A stretch of 31,718 nucleotides of DNA from the NCBI GenBank assembly GCA_049472335.1, contig JBLIRO010000060.1, forward strand, positions 1-31,718. The letters run 5' to 3'. The position numbers were made by a program, and so were the translations under genes. Origin of the DNA: a bacterium (GTDB taxonomy: Bacteria; SZUA-182; DTGQ01; JAFGSM01). Below, piece after piece: positions 21,694 through 29,856 of this stretch. The first letter of the stretch is position 1. Each line of letters starts with the position of its first letter. The notes beneath the pieces are model-generated. The model saw only the letters and a list, made by a program, of their open reading frames with translations. It was not told where the DNA came from and made no database searches.

Positions 21694-24270
21694 ATGAAAA
21701 AGGTTGGAACCCGCATATATATGGTGATCCTTTCTTCCATATTTCTAATCTTAATATACCCAAAGGCAGGATGGTCATCGGAATGGATACAAATCAATAC
21801 CTCGGTTTTTGAGGACAGGGATGAAACCGCCAACTCTTTCCAGGAGGCTGTTTTTGACGCCAACTATCTTTATGTGATTACATCGGATATTGACAAAGGA
21901 TTTGAGAATTCGGGAGTGAAGGACCCGAACAGAAAGACAATCCTCTGGGCATCTAAGATATATGAGAACCCCAATGAATGGAAGGATAAGGTTGATGATG
22001 ATCCCAATGTCTGGAAGGTGATATTTGATGAAAACACGGCAAGATTGGACAGGCTTTTTAAAGGATTTGGTGATATTTATGCCGGTATTGAATATGATGG
22101 GAATTGTCGGATTTATAGGTTTTTGGACCCGGATAAAAAACAGGAAGTAATTATTAATATCGGGGCTGAAACCAAGTCAAAATGGCGGGTGGATAATGGG
22201 AAAGGATTCGGAAGCATGCTTTATATAGGAATATATGATGAAACCTATGGTGGAAGAGTCTTCAGGAGTAATGCACCTTACGGACCTATAGGGCTTGACA
22301 ACGAAATAAAAAATATCTCCGGTATACAAGCGGTAAAAGATCCAAATAGAATAATCAGTTTATTGAGCCGTATTAATGAAACAAACCTGACGGATGAAAG
22401 GCTTTTTGTGGGGACTAGGCATCCTGTCCCGGGAGCGGCGGTGCTTTCATATACATATTATGGCAGCATATGGAAGATCTCTGATCCGGATACATTTAAC
22501 GATACGAACATTTCAGAAAATACTGCAGCTTTTTTATCGATGGTTGAATTTATGGGGGATATCTGGCTTCTTACGGAATTTAAGAAAGAGGGCGAGAGGC
22601 AATGGGCCTTGTGGAAAGCTGGGAACGCTTCGGGTGATCCTCAGTGGCGGAAAAAAATATCTTCAAAGGACCCGAAAGGTCCCTTTCTCGATCCGAATAT
22701 TATTTCAGTATCCGAACTTCAGCCCATAGGGGAATACCTGTATCTGGCTTGTCTTTGTAACGATGGCGGAAGGATCTGGAAAAGCTACCATGGCGAGAAT
22801 GACGAGTGGATTATTGTGCCCTCCCCCTCTGATCCAAATCATCTTTTCGGGCCTGAAAACCTTCTGAGAGGCATTTTTTTCGATCCCAATGACATTGATT
22901 ATATCTATGCAGGCACTCAAAATGATAAAGGTTGCCAGATTTTGACGAGACTGGTCCCCAGGGTGGATATATTAAATCTGACCATGCAGGACAGATTTGT
23001 CGGTCCCCAAAAAACCGGAATCAAAATGGATTTAAAGCCTAACTGGGAAGAGCCAGGATATTGGGAAGATCCTAACCACATTCCTTCGGCCCTGGTTTTT
23101 TCCCAGAAGGACCCAACAGCAATACAAAATCATTTTATTGATCCGAACCAGACGGATTTTTCCCTGTGGGAATTAGATCCCAACAAGTTTACGAAGGAAG
23201 GAATATATTGTCTGAAATGGGAACTGGTCTATGGAAAAGACAATGAAGAAGTCATAAGGTGTCTCTCTTTTGCATGGGACGCTAACCGTCCTTCCACACC
23301 TAAGAATATTGAGATAGGCGAAGGAGATGGCCGGCTTAGTATTAAATGGGAGGTGTCTTCGGACAGCCTGAAGGACATAGCAGAAATCGATGATCCTAAT
23401 TTCAGCCAGAGCATCTGGAAATATAAACTGGAATGGTGGCCCGAGGATGATTCCAACCAGGTTGAACATAGATATATTTCTCAAGAAGAGTATTCGGGAA
23501 AGGAGATAATATCGAATCTTCAGAATAATATTACCTATAAGGTGCGCGTCATGGCCATTGATAAAGCGCAGAATGAATCAGGGTGGTCGGAAGGAAGCGG
23601 GACCCCTCAGGAAACCCTGGGCTGGCTGGAGCTTTTGGAGGAAAAAGGTGGGTGCTTTATATCTTCCGTTGATTCGGGAAAAAATAAAGACACCGGAGGC
23701 GGTGGAAGGTGGCTTGCCGGGTTAAAGGCAGGGAGGTACAAACCAGCTTCCGACGAGGCGGATCTCGTCTATGGAGATGACAGGGTATGGCCGGTTCAGG
23801 CTGAGATTGGGTGGATACACAGGTCACTTTTAGAAGTCAGTTTCGGCACCGGATATATGGAGATGGATGGATCAGCGATAAAGGTTTTGTCCAGGGAAAG
23901 ATCTATCGATACGGTTACCTTTCGAATAATTCCATCTTCCATGACCCTTCGCTGGATCCCTTTCGGATATTCCGGACATGTCCTGAATCCTTATCTTGGT
24001 GGCGGTATTGATGCATGGTGGTATCAGGAGGAAGAGCCGGACGGGAAGGATATCGATGGCTGGAAATATGGTTATCATGGATTATGCGGCATAAGAATGC
24101 TGCTTGATCCGTTTGATCGGAAACACGCAAGGTCTTTAGAGAAAGATTTCGGTGTTAAGGACACCTATATTACTTTAGAGATGGTTTATAATTGGATAGA
24201 TGATTTTGGAGACAGCCGGCTTGATCTTGGAGGGATTTTTTATCAGGCCGGGATTTTATTCCTTTTTTAA
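21694..24270 (+). CDS. Large exported surface protein: signal peptide, beta-rich passenger, FN3 domain, GGCFI motif, C-terminal outer-membrane beta-barrel
   Basis: N-terminal basic + hydrophobic leader; FN3-like PSTPKNIEIGEGDGRLSIKW...YKVRVMAIDKAQNESGWS; amphipathic strands (NPYLGGGIDAWWY, GWKYGYHGLCGIRMLL) and terminal YQAGILFLF. Confidence 0.8.
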   Translation: MKKVGTRIYMVILSSIFLILIYPKAGWSSEWIQINTSVFEDRDETANSFQEAVFDANYLYVITSDIDKGFENSGVKDPNRKTILWASKIYENPNEWKDKVDDDPNVWKVIFDENTARLDRLFKGFGDIYAGIEYDGNCRIYRFLDPDKKQEVIINIGAETKSKWRVDNGKGFGSMLYIGIYDETYGGRVFRSNAPYGPIGLDNEIKNISGIQAVKDPNRIISLLSRINETNLTDERLFVGTRHPVPGAAVLSYTYYGSIWKISDPDTFNDTNISENTAAFLSMVEFMGDIWLLTEFKKEGERQWALWKAGNASGDPQWRKKISSKDPKGPFLDPNIISVSELQPIGEYLYLACLCNDGGRIWKSYHGENDEWIIVPSPSDPNHLFGPENLLRGIFFDPNDIDYIYAGTQNDKGCQILTRLVPRVDILNLTMQDRFVGPQKTGIKMDLKPNWEEPGYWEDPNHIPSALVFSQKDPTAIQNHFIDPNQTDFSLWELDPNKFTKEGIYCLKWELVYGKDNEEVIRCLSFAWDANRPSTPKNIEIGEGDGRLSIKWEVSSDSLKDIAEIDDPNFSQSIWKYKLEWWPEDDSNQVEHRYISQEEYSGKEIISNLQNNITYKVRVMAIDKAQNESGWSEGSGTPQETLGWLELLEEKGGCFISSVDSGKNKDTGGGGRWLAGLKAGRYKPASDEADLVYGDDRVWPVQAEIGWIHRSLLEVSFGTGYMEMDGSAIKVLSRERSIDTVTFRIIPSSMTLRWIPFGYSGHVLNPYLGGGIDAWWYQEEEPDGKDIDGWKYGYHGLCGIRMLLDPFDRKHARSLEKDFGVKDTYITLEMVYNWIDDFGDSRLDLGGIFYQAGILFLF

Positions 24271-24283
24271 AGAGGACCTAAAA

Positions 24284-24865
24284 ATGGCTAAACATTGTCC
24301 TAAGTGTAATTTTTTTAATCCCTATAGCGCACAGATTTGTGGGGAGTGCGGTCATACCTTGATTTTACCTAAAACTGCGCAAAAACCGAAGAAGCAGGAT
24401 CGCCTCAATCTCGCTTCCCGGGTAAGCTGGAAATCCATTGGCATTGAGAAGATGGATAGAGAGGCCGGATCTCCTCTTGTCATTTCTTTAAGCCTGTCCC
24501 TCTTTGCGTACGGGCTAATTTTGATAATGATTTCTATCATTACATGGTTCAAATTGACTTATGGTTTAAGCTTTGTAATGCTCCCTGATCATCTATATCC
24601 CCTTCTCCTGGGGATCTTTTTGGGGGCTTTCACCCTTATCCTGGCTTTCGGGATTTCGCTTCTTAAGAGATGGGTGGTTACATGGTATTATGTCTGGATC
24701 GGTGTCCAGGCGCTGGTCCTTCTCCTTCTCAGGTTTGGCTCGTGGAGGCCGGACTGGTTCTCCACAAAGGTTGCAGTCGCCTTCAGTGCAATCATTCTTA
24801 TAGAGTTGATCGGCATTCAATTTGTCATAAGACTTAAAAAGGACAAGCTCTTAAAAAGTCGTTGA
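24284..24865 (+). CDS. Hypothetical membrane protein with N-terminal zinc ribbon
   Basis: ATG 24284 after AGAGGA; CPKC...CGEC followed by about four hydrophobic segments. Confidence 0.8.
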   Translation: MAKHCPKCNFFNPYSAQICGECGHTLILPKTAQKPKKQDRLNLASRVSWKSIGIEKMDREAGSPLVISLSLSLFAYGLILIMISIITWFKLTYGLSFVMLPDHLYPLLLGIFLGAFTLILAFGISLLKRWVVTWYYVWIGVQALVLLLLRFGSWRPDWFSTKVAVAFSAIILIELIGIQFVIRLKKDKLLKSR

Positions 24866-24909
24866 GCCAGTATATGGCCTTTAAATCCAATTTTGATAGG
24901 GGGGAGACA

Positions 24910-25284
24910 ATGAAAAGATATCGGTTATTTTCAATAAGGCATTTAATGTTTTGTTTTATTCCCTTTTTAACAATCCTTATGTTATTTGTTGCAGGTTGTG
25001 CCCCATTATGGGTCGGTGCCGGTGCAGCCGGAGGTTATATTATCGCCTCTGATGAAAGAACTATGGGGCAAAGGGTTGACGACAGTTTTATAACCGCCAA
25101 AGTCAAGTCAAAGCTGCTGGCCGACTCGATGGTCAAGGCATTCAAGATTGATGTGGACACCCTGGAAAGAGAAGTGACCTTGACCGGGATTGTCAGCACA
25201 GAAACGGAAGCTCAAAGGGTCATTGAGCTGGCAAGGGGAGTTAAGGGGGTTGTAAAGGTAAAGAACAATATCAAGGTAAAATAA
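24910..25284 (+). CDS. BON domain lipoprotein
   Basis: Lipobox VAGC; DDSFITAKVKSKL...IDVDT...VTLTG...GVVKVKNNI; ATG 24910 after GGGGAG. Confidence 0.9.
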   Translation: MKRYRLFSIRHLMFCFIPFLTILMLFVAGCAPLWVGAGAAGGYIIASDERTMGQRVDDSFITAKVKSKLLADSMVKAFKIDVDTLEREVTLTGIVSTETEAQRVIELARGVKGVVKVKNNIKVK

Positions 25285-25316
25285 TAGTTATTTTTAATGG
25301 GTTTAAGGATATTAAG

Positions 25317-25447
25317 AATTGCAAAATGCAAATTGCAAATTTTAAAATGCAAAATAATGTATTCCTTAAATTTTCATTTTACATTTTTCATTTTACAATT
25401 TTCATTAACTGCTCTAAAACCGCACGGTTTTTAAGTAGTTACATATT
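25317..25447 (-). repeat. Copy A of a 131-bp hairpin/heptamer element (inverted partner at 27431-27561)
   Basis: Ungapped hand alignment to the reverse complement of 27431-27561 gives 113/131 identities. Confidence 0.92.
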
Positions 25448-26101
25448 GTGGATGTAATGACGAACAAAGATAAGAAAAAAAATGAATGGTGGGACAGGTT
25501 TGATAAATGGGAAGAAGAATGGAAAAAAAAGCGCAAAGAAGAGCGAATGGAAGACGCAAAAAAATTACGTCAAGCTGAAGAGGATTACGACAGGAGCCTT
25601 CATTCCCTTAATCCTCTTACAACAACCCCTCAACCTAAAGAGATTTTAGCCACTCAAAGCAGGGAGCCCGGTTCTAAGAGGATTCCGCTGGAAGATCCTT
25701 TAAATTGTCCCTTGATACTGCCTGTGAGGATTATTAAGATAGAGCAGCCTGATCCCGGAGAGGCGATAGTCTTTTTTCAGGCAAAAAGTATAGACAAGGG
25801 GGAGAATTTTCTGGAACAATTAGCTTTTCAGATCAAAAAGGTTATTGAATATCTGGTAAATGAAAGGCTGCTGTTCTTTGTTCAGCCTGCAGAAAAAGGG
25901 GCTTTTGTAATACGGGTGGCTGGGGACAAAAAGGCCCCTCCCCTTTTTAATATTTCCGGTTATTCCGGGGAAGCGATTCTTATCAAGGCGCTTGAGAAAT
26001 CATTACAATGGAGTCCCGGATATATATTCAATGTCCGGGACATCTTAAAAGGAATCCTTAAAAGATTACTGAGAGAGTTCGAGGATCAAAAGGAGGATTG
26101 A
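25448..26101 (+). CDS. Hypothetical protein
   Basis: 217-aa ORF filling the gap before hisS; its 3' end holds the hisS SD. Start uncertain (GTG 25448 or ATG 25457). No family recognised. Confidence 0.7.
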   Translation: MDVMTNKDKKKNEWWDRFDKWEEEWKKKRKEERMEDAKKLRQAEEDYDRSLHSLNPLTTTPQPKEILATQSREPGSKRIPLEDPLNCPLILPVRIIKIEQPDPGEAIVFFQAKSIDKGENFLEQLAFQIKKVIEYLVNERLLFFVQPAEKGAFVIRVAGDKKAPPLFNISGYSGEAILIKALEKSLQWSPGYIFNVRDILKGILKRLLREFEDQKED

Positions 26102-26104
26102 CGA

Positions 26105-27469
26105 TTGCCGCAAAAGATTAAAAGTGTGCGTGGAGTTTCGGATCTTCTCCCTTCCGAGATTGGTATATGGCAGTGGATCGAAGAAACCGCCAGGTCTATG
26201 TTCGAGGCATTTGGATACAAGGAGATAAGAACTCCTTTATTTGAGCAGGCAGATCTTTTTACGAGAAGTATTGGTGAAGAGACGGATATCGTTTCAAAGG
26301 AGATGTATACCTTTCCGGACCGGAAAGGGCAGCTTTTGAGTCTCAGACCCGAGGGAACCGCTCCTGTAGTGAGGGCGTATCTGCAACATAATTTGCAACT
26401 GGACCCGCAGGGACACAAACTCTATTATATGGGGCCGATGTTCAGATATGAACGTCCTCAAGCCGGAAGAGCCAGACAGTTTCATCAGATAGGCGCGGAA
26501 TGCTTTGGACCTTCTGAACCGGAAGCGGATGCGGAACAGATAATTTTGACCTGCCACCTGTTGAAGAAACTCTGGACTGAAAGAAACGGCTCCGCTGTTA
26601 ACAAAAAAGATGTCACACCCTTTAAGATTCATCTTAACACACTTGGATGCAGATCCTGCCGTGCCGATTTTCACAGGTTATTAAAAGAGCGAATTAGTAA
26701 TATAGTTCCCATGCTGTGTGAGGACTGCAGGAAAAGATATAATTCAAATATCTTGCGTGTCCTTGACTGCAAAAATCCTGATTGTAAGGGATTGTTAAAA
26801 GATGCTCCCAGCATGATGGATAATCTGTGCACCGGCTGTGAGGACCACTTTGAGGCGGTAAAAGGGCTTCTGAATGAGGCAGAGATCTCCTATGTTTTGG
26901 ATCCTCATCTGGTAAGGGGATTGGATTACTATACACGTACGACCTTTGAGTTTACAAGCCATCTGCTTGGGGCGCAGAATGCCGTTGCCGGTGGGGGAAG
27001 ATACGATCTATTGGTTGAAGATTTCGGAGGGCCTCCCACACCGGCCTGTGGCTTTGCCTTGGGAATGGAGAGGCTTATTTTGGCTTTAAGCGAGACCTCC
27101 CAAAAAGAAGAAATCCTTTCTCCTTATTGTTTTTGTTTTATGGCCCATATCGGATCGGATGCCCAAAAAAGCGCGTTTAACTTAGTAAACCGGATCAGGT
27201 TGATGGGTGTACCCGTTGAAATGAATTATCAGGCAAGTTCCCTGAAGTCAAAGATGAAGCAGGCGGACAGGTTGAGAGCGGTTTATACACTTATTTTGGG
27301 AGAGGATGAGATTTCAAAGGGCTGCATAATCTTACGACAGATGAAGACAGGAGAACAGGAAGAATATCCCATGGAACAAATTCCACAGGTTCTATACAAG
27401 AAGTACTCTTCTTGGGTACAGGAGAATAAGAATGTGTACCTACTCAAAAACCGTGTAGTTTTGGAGTAG
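26105..27469 (+). CDS. hisS: Histidine--tRNA ligase
   Basis: KEMYTF, LRPEGTA, FRYERPQAGRARQFHQ, LVRGLDYY, GGGRYD, GFALGMERL; TTG start after AGGAGG. Confidence 0.98.
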   Translation: MPQKIKSVRGVSDLLPSEIGIWQWIEETARSMFEAFGYKEIRTPLFEQADLFTRSIGEETDIVSKEMYTFPDRKGQLLSLRPEGTAPVVRAYLQHNLQLDPQGHKLYYMGPMFRYERPQAGRARQFHQIGAECFGPSEPEADAEQIILTCHLLKKLWTERNGSAVNKKDVTPFKIHLNTLGCRSCRADFHRLLKERISNIVPMLCEDCRKRYNSNILRVLDCKNPDCKGLLKDAPSMMDNLCTGCEDHFEAVKGLLNEAEISYVLDPHLVRGLDYYTRTTFEFTSHLLGAQNAVAGGGRYDLLVEDFGGPPTPACGFALGMERLILALSETSQKEEILSPYCFCFMAHIGSDAQKSAFNLVNRIRLMGVPVEMNYQASSLKSKMKQADRLRAVYTLILGEDEISKGCIILRQMKTGEQEEYPMEQIPQVLYKKYSSWVQENKNVYLLKNRVVLE

Positions 27470-27561
27470 GTAATGCAAATTGCAAAATGCAAAATAAAAA
27501 ATGAAAATTTAAGGAATACATTATTTTGTATTTTAAAATTTGCAATTTACAACATGCAATT
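27431..27561 (+). repeat. Copy B of the 131-bp hairpin/heptamer element; overlaps the hisS 3' end
   Basis: Palindrome TACCTACTC-AAAAAC...GTTTTG-GAGTAGGTA followed by TGCAAA(A/T) heptamers and their complements. Confidence 0.92.
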
Positions 27562-27623
27562 TTTCTCAATATCCCCCGGAATTTCGAGAAGTTGCAAAAA
27601 TATGAGAGGAGAGGTTAAGGTAA

Positions 27624-28307
27624 ATGGGAGATTTTATTAATAATATCATCTCAACTCCGGTAGCCAATCTGCTTATCATAGCGGGTATCGCTTTTCTGGG
27701 GATTGCTGTGATTGGCAAGATTGTGGGTAAAATTGAACCAGGCAAGACCGGTCGTCTCGTATCCGGTGGCATAGGGATCATTCTGTTAGTAATAGGGCTA
27801 TTAATGCATTTCGGGCAGACTGAAATGCCGAAGCAGCCTGAACATAAACCTCCTGCAACACAAACAGAAACTAAAGAACAAGCCAATATCCCCATAAATT
27901 CCGGTTTACCTGAAACTCAAACGGAAACTAAGGAGCAAACCAATACCCCTGCAAAAACTGAATTGCCCGATCTTTTTGTTTCTGAATTCACATTAGAGCC
28001 TAAGGTTCCCGTTCAGGGCAGGCCGGTTGTTGTTCGGATCGGAGTTTATAATAAAGGGAATAAACACTCGGGACCTTTCAAGGTTCAATGGTGGGCTGGT
28101 GAAAATTTTCCAGGGCCTGAAAATGAATGGAAAATCAGAGACATGCCGGCGCGCGGAGGAAGGATACTGAAATATGTTTATAGCGGATATCGTAGCTGGT
28201 ATGCCCAGATCAATACAAAGGTAATTATAGATCCCGAAAATAAAGTCAAAGAACATGATAAAAATAATAACATTCTCAAAACTAGAATTAGCGTCAGGAA
28301 GAGGTAA
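27624..28307 (+). CDS. Membrane-anchored protein with C-terminal CARDB/Ig-like domain
   Basis: Two N-terminal TM helices, a duplicated 19-aa linker, then LPDLFVSEF...VYNKG...IIDPENKVKEHDKNNN (CARDB-like signature). Confidence 0.82.
   Translation: MGDFINNIISTPVANLLIIAGIAFLGIAVIGKIVGKIEPGKTGRLVSGGIGIILLVIGLLMHFGQTEMPKQPEHKPPATQTETKEQANIPINSGLPETQTETKEQTNTPAKTELPDLFVSEFTLEPKVPVQGRPVVVRIGVYNKGNKHSGPFKVQWWAGENFPGPENEWKIRDMPARGGRILKYVYSGYRSWYAQINTKVIIDPENKVKEHDKNNNILKTRISVRKR
27858..27971 (+). repeat. Intragenic 2 x 57-bp tandem repeat
   Basis: TQTETKEQANIPINSGLPE / TQTETKEQTNTPAKTELPD, starting at 27858 and 27915. Confidence 0.85.
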
Positions 28308-28373
28308 TCGTCAGATTATGCAAATATGATAATTATCTATAAAAATAACTATAAGGAGAATAAAAGAAAGTTT

Positions 28374-28402
28374 TTGATTTTTTAATCCAAAAATGGTATA
28401 AT
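28374..28402 (+). promoter_or_regulatory. sigma70-type promoter with extended -10
   Basis: TTGATT 28374-28379, 17 bp, TATAAT 28397-28402 preceded by TGG. Confidence 0.55.
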
Positions 28403-28541
28403 TTATTAAAAATTGTCTTTCAATTTAGTTTTTCTTAAGAGGTATTTCTCCAATCAAAAAATATTATTATAATAAATTTATTTATCTTAATATTCTATCG
28501 ACTTAAATTTATAGATTCAAAATTTTTTAATAAGAAGGAGG

Positions 28542-29033
28542 ATGCATATCATGCATAAAAAGGTAGTTATATCTCTATGCACATTCTGTTTGGTCCTTTG
28601 TTTTATCATTGTTACCATGCAAAAACCGGTGGATGCCTATCTCAATGGCCTCGCTTTTGGAGCTAATCCTGCTTTGCTGGATCTTGATCTGGACCTGGAT
28701 TACCTAACCAGGCTTGCCGCTGTTGATTCTGAAACAAGTACCCTCGGAGGATTATATGGCCTTTATGGAATCGGAGGGTTATACGGTCTCTATGGGACCG
28801 GAGGATTATACGGTCTATACGGACTTGGAACCCTTCCTCTTCTTAATTACATAGGATATCTCTTTGGGACATACGGAACCAATATCGATAGCATATACAC
28901 AAGTCCGGCAGGTCTTAGTCCCAATATCTGGTCAGGGTATGGTTTCACATACAATCCCTTATTCGGATATTACCACCCCCTCGACGTTTTTAGCAGTATG
29001 TTTGCACTGACCAACCTTTTTACCTGGTGGTAA
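28542..29033 (+). CDS. Secreted Gly/Leu/Tyr-rich hypothetical protein
   Basis: AAGGAGG SD; signal peptide ending VDA; three GGLYGLYG repeats with synonymous variation. Confidence 0.85.
   Translation: MHIMHKKVVISLCTFCLVLCFIIVTMQKPVDAYLNGLAFGANPALLDLDLDLDYLTRLAAVDSETSTLGGLYGLYGIGGLYGLYGTGGLYGLYGLGTLPLLNYIGYLFGTYGTNIDSIYTSPAGLSPNIWSGYGFTYNPLFGYYHPLDVFSSMFALTNLFTWW
28746..28826 (+). repeat. Intragenic 3 x 27-bp repeat encoding GGLYGLYGx
   Basis: Units start at 28746, 28773 and 28800. Confidence 0.9.
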
Positions 29034-29054
29034 AAGGAAGGGATATTCGGATAT

Positions 29055-29843
29055 CTATGTCTTCCTGTATCTGAACCTTGGAAAGAAGAACCCCGTCTTT
29101 TTCATGTAGACTGAATAGTCAGGAAAATAGGCCTTCAATTTTTTCTCTTCCAGTTTTGCCCGAAGTGCCTGTAAGATGGTAAGGAAGGCAAGCATTCCAT
29201 ATACTATAACATTGTTGAAAACCAGGGTGATCCCGAGGAAGTGGAGGATTTCACCTGTGTAGAGCGGGTGACGTATTTTATTATAGACACCGCTTGTAAT
29301 AAGCGGCCGGACCTCCACCATTATACTGAAAGACCTCTTGAGCTTCCAGAGCGCCATACAGTCAAGGGTTGCGCCAAGAATGGAAAAGAAAATCCCTAAG
29401 ATGTAAAGAGTGAAGTTAAATCGGAATTTGATATGTTGCCCAATGAAATATGAGCCCACAAGGTGAAAAATGACAACAGATAGGGGAAAGGCCCTTTCCT
29501 TTATGCCGACTGCTCTTTCCATGGGTTTTCTCCTGATGACATAGCTTATGATGGTAAGGAGCATAAAGGACAGGATAAGTATGTTATTGACGGAGATCAT
29601 GATCAAGAATCCGGGTTTTCCGATCCAATTGCGGATGACCCCTTTGGCCTTCCATAGAGTTCGTCCCGCCAAGGTCAGAAAGAAGAGAACAGGAACCAGA
29701 TAATCCCATAGCCATTTCCTTTGGCTGGGGGATAAAAGCCAGTAGATGAAGATAAATGTAAATACAGAAAAGGAGATTATAAGCCATTCCGATTTAATAA
29801 AAGATAATAATAGCAAGATGTCTGGAGGAAATTTGATATTCAA
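29055..29843 (-). CDS. Isoprenylcysteine carboxylmethyltransferase / PEMT family membrane methyltransferase
   Basis: LKRSFSIMVEVRPLITSGVYNKIRHPLYTGE, RAKLEEKKL, YSVYMKKTGFFFP; several TM helices. Confidence 0.9.
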   Translation of the reverse strand: MNIKFPPDILLLLSFIKSEWLIISFSVFTFIFIYWLLSPSQRKWLWDYLVPVLFFLTLAGRTLWKAKGVIRNWIGKPGFLIMISVNNILILSFMLLTIISYVIRRKPMERAVGIKERAFPLSVVIFHLVGSYFIGQHIKFRFNFTLYILGIFFSILGATLDCMALWKLKRSFSIMVEVRPLITSGVYNKIRHPLYTGEILHFLGITLVFNNVIVYGMLAFLTILQALRAKLEEKKLKAYFPDYSVYMKKTGFFFPRFRYRKT

Positions 29844-29856
29844 TATTTAGAATCCT

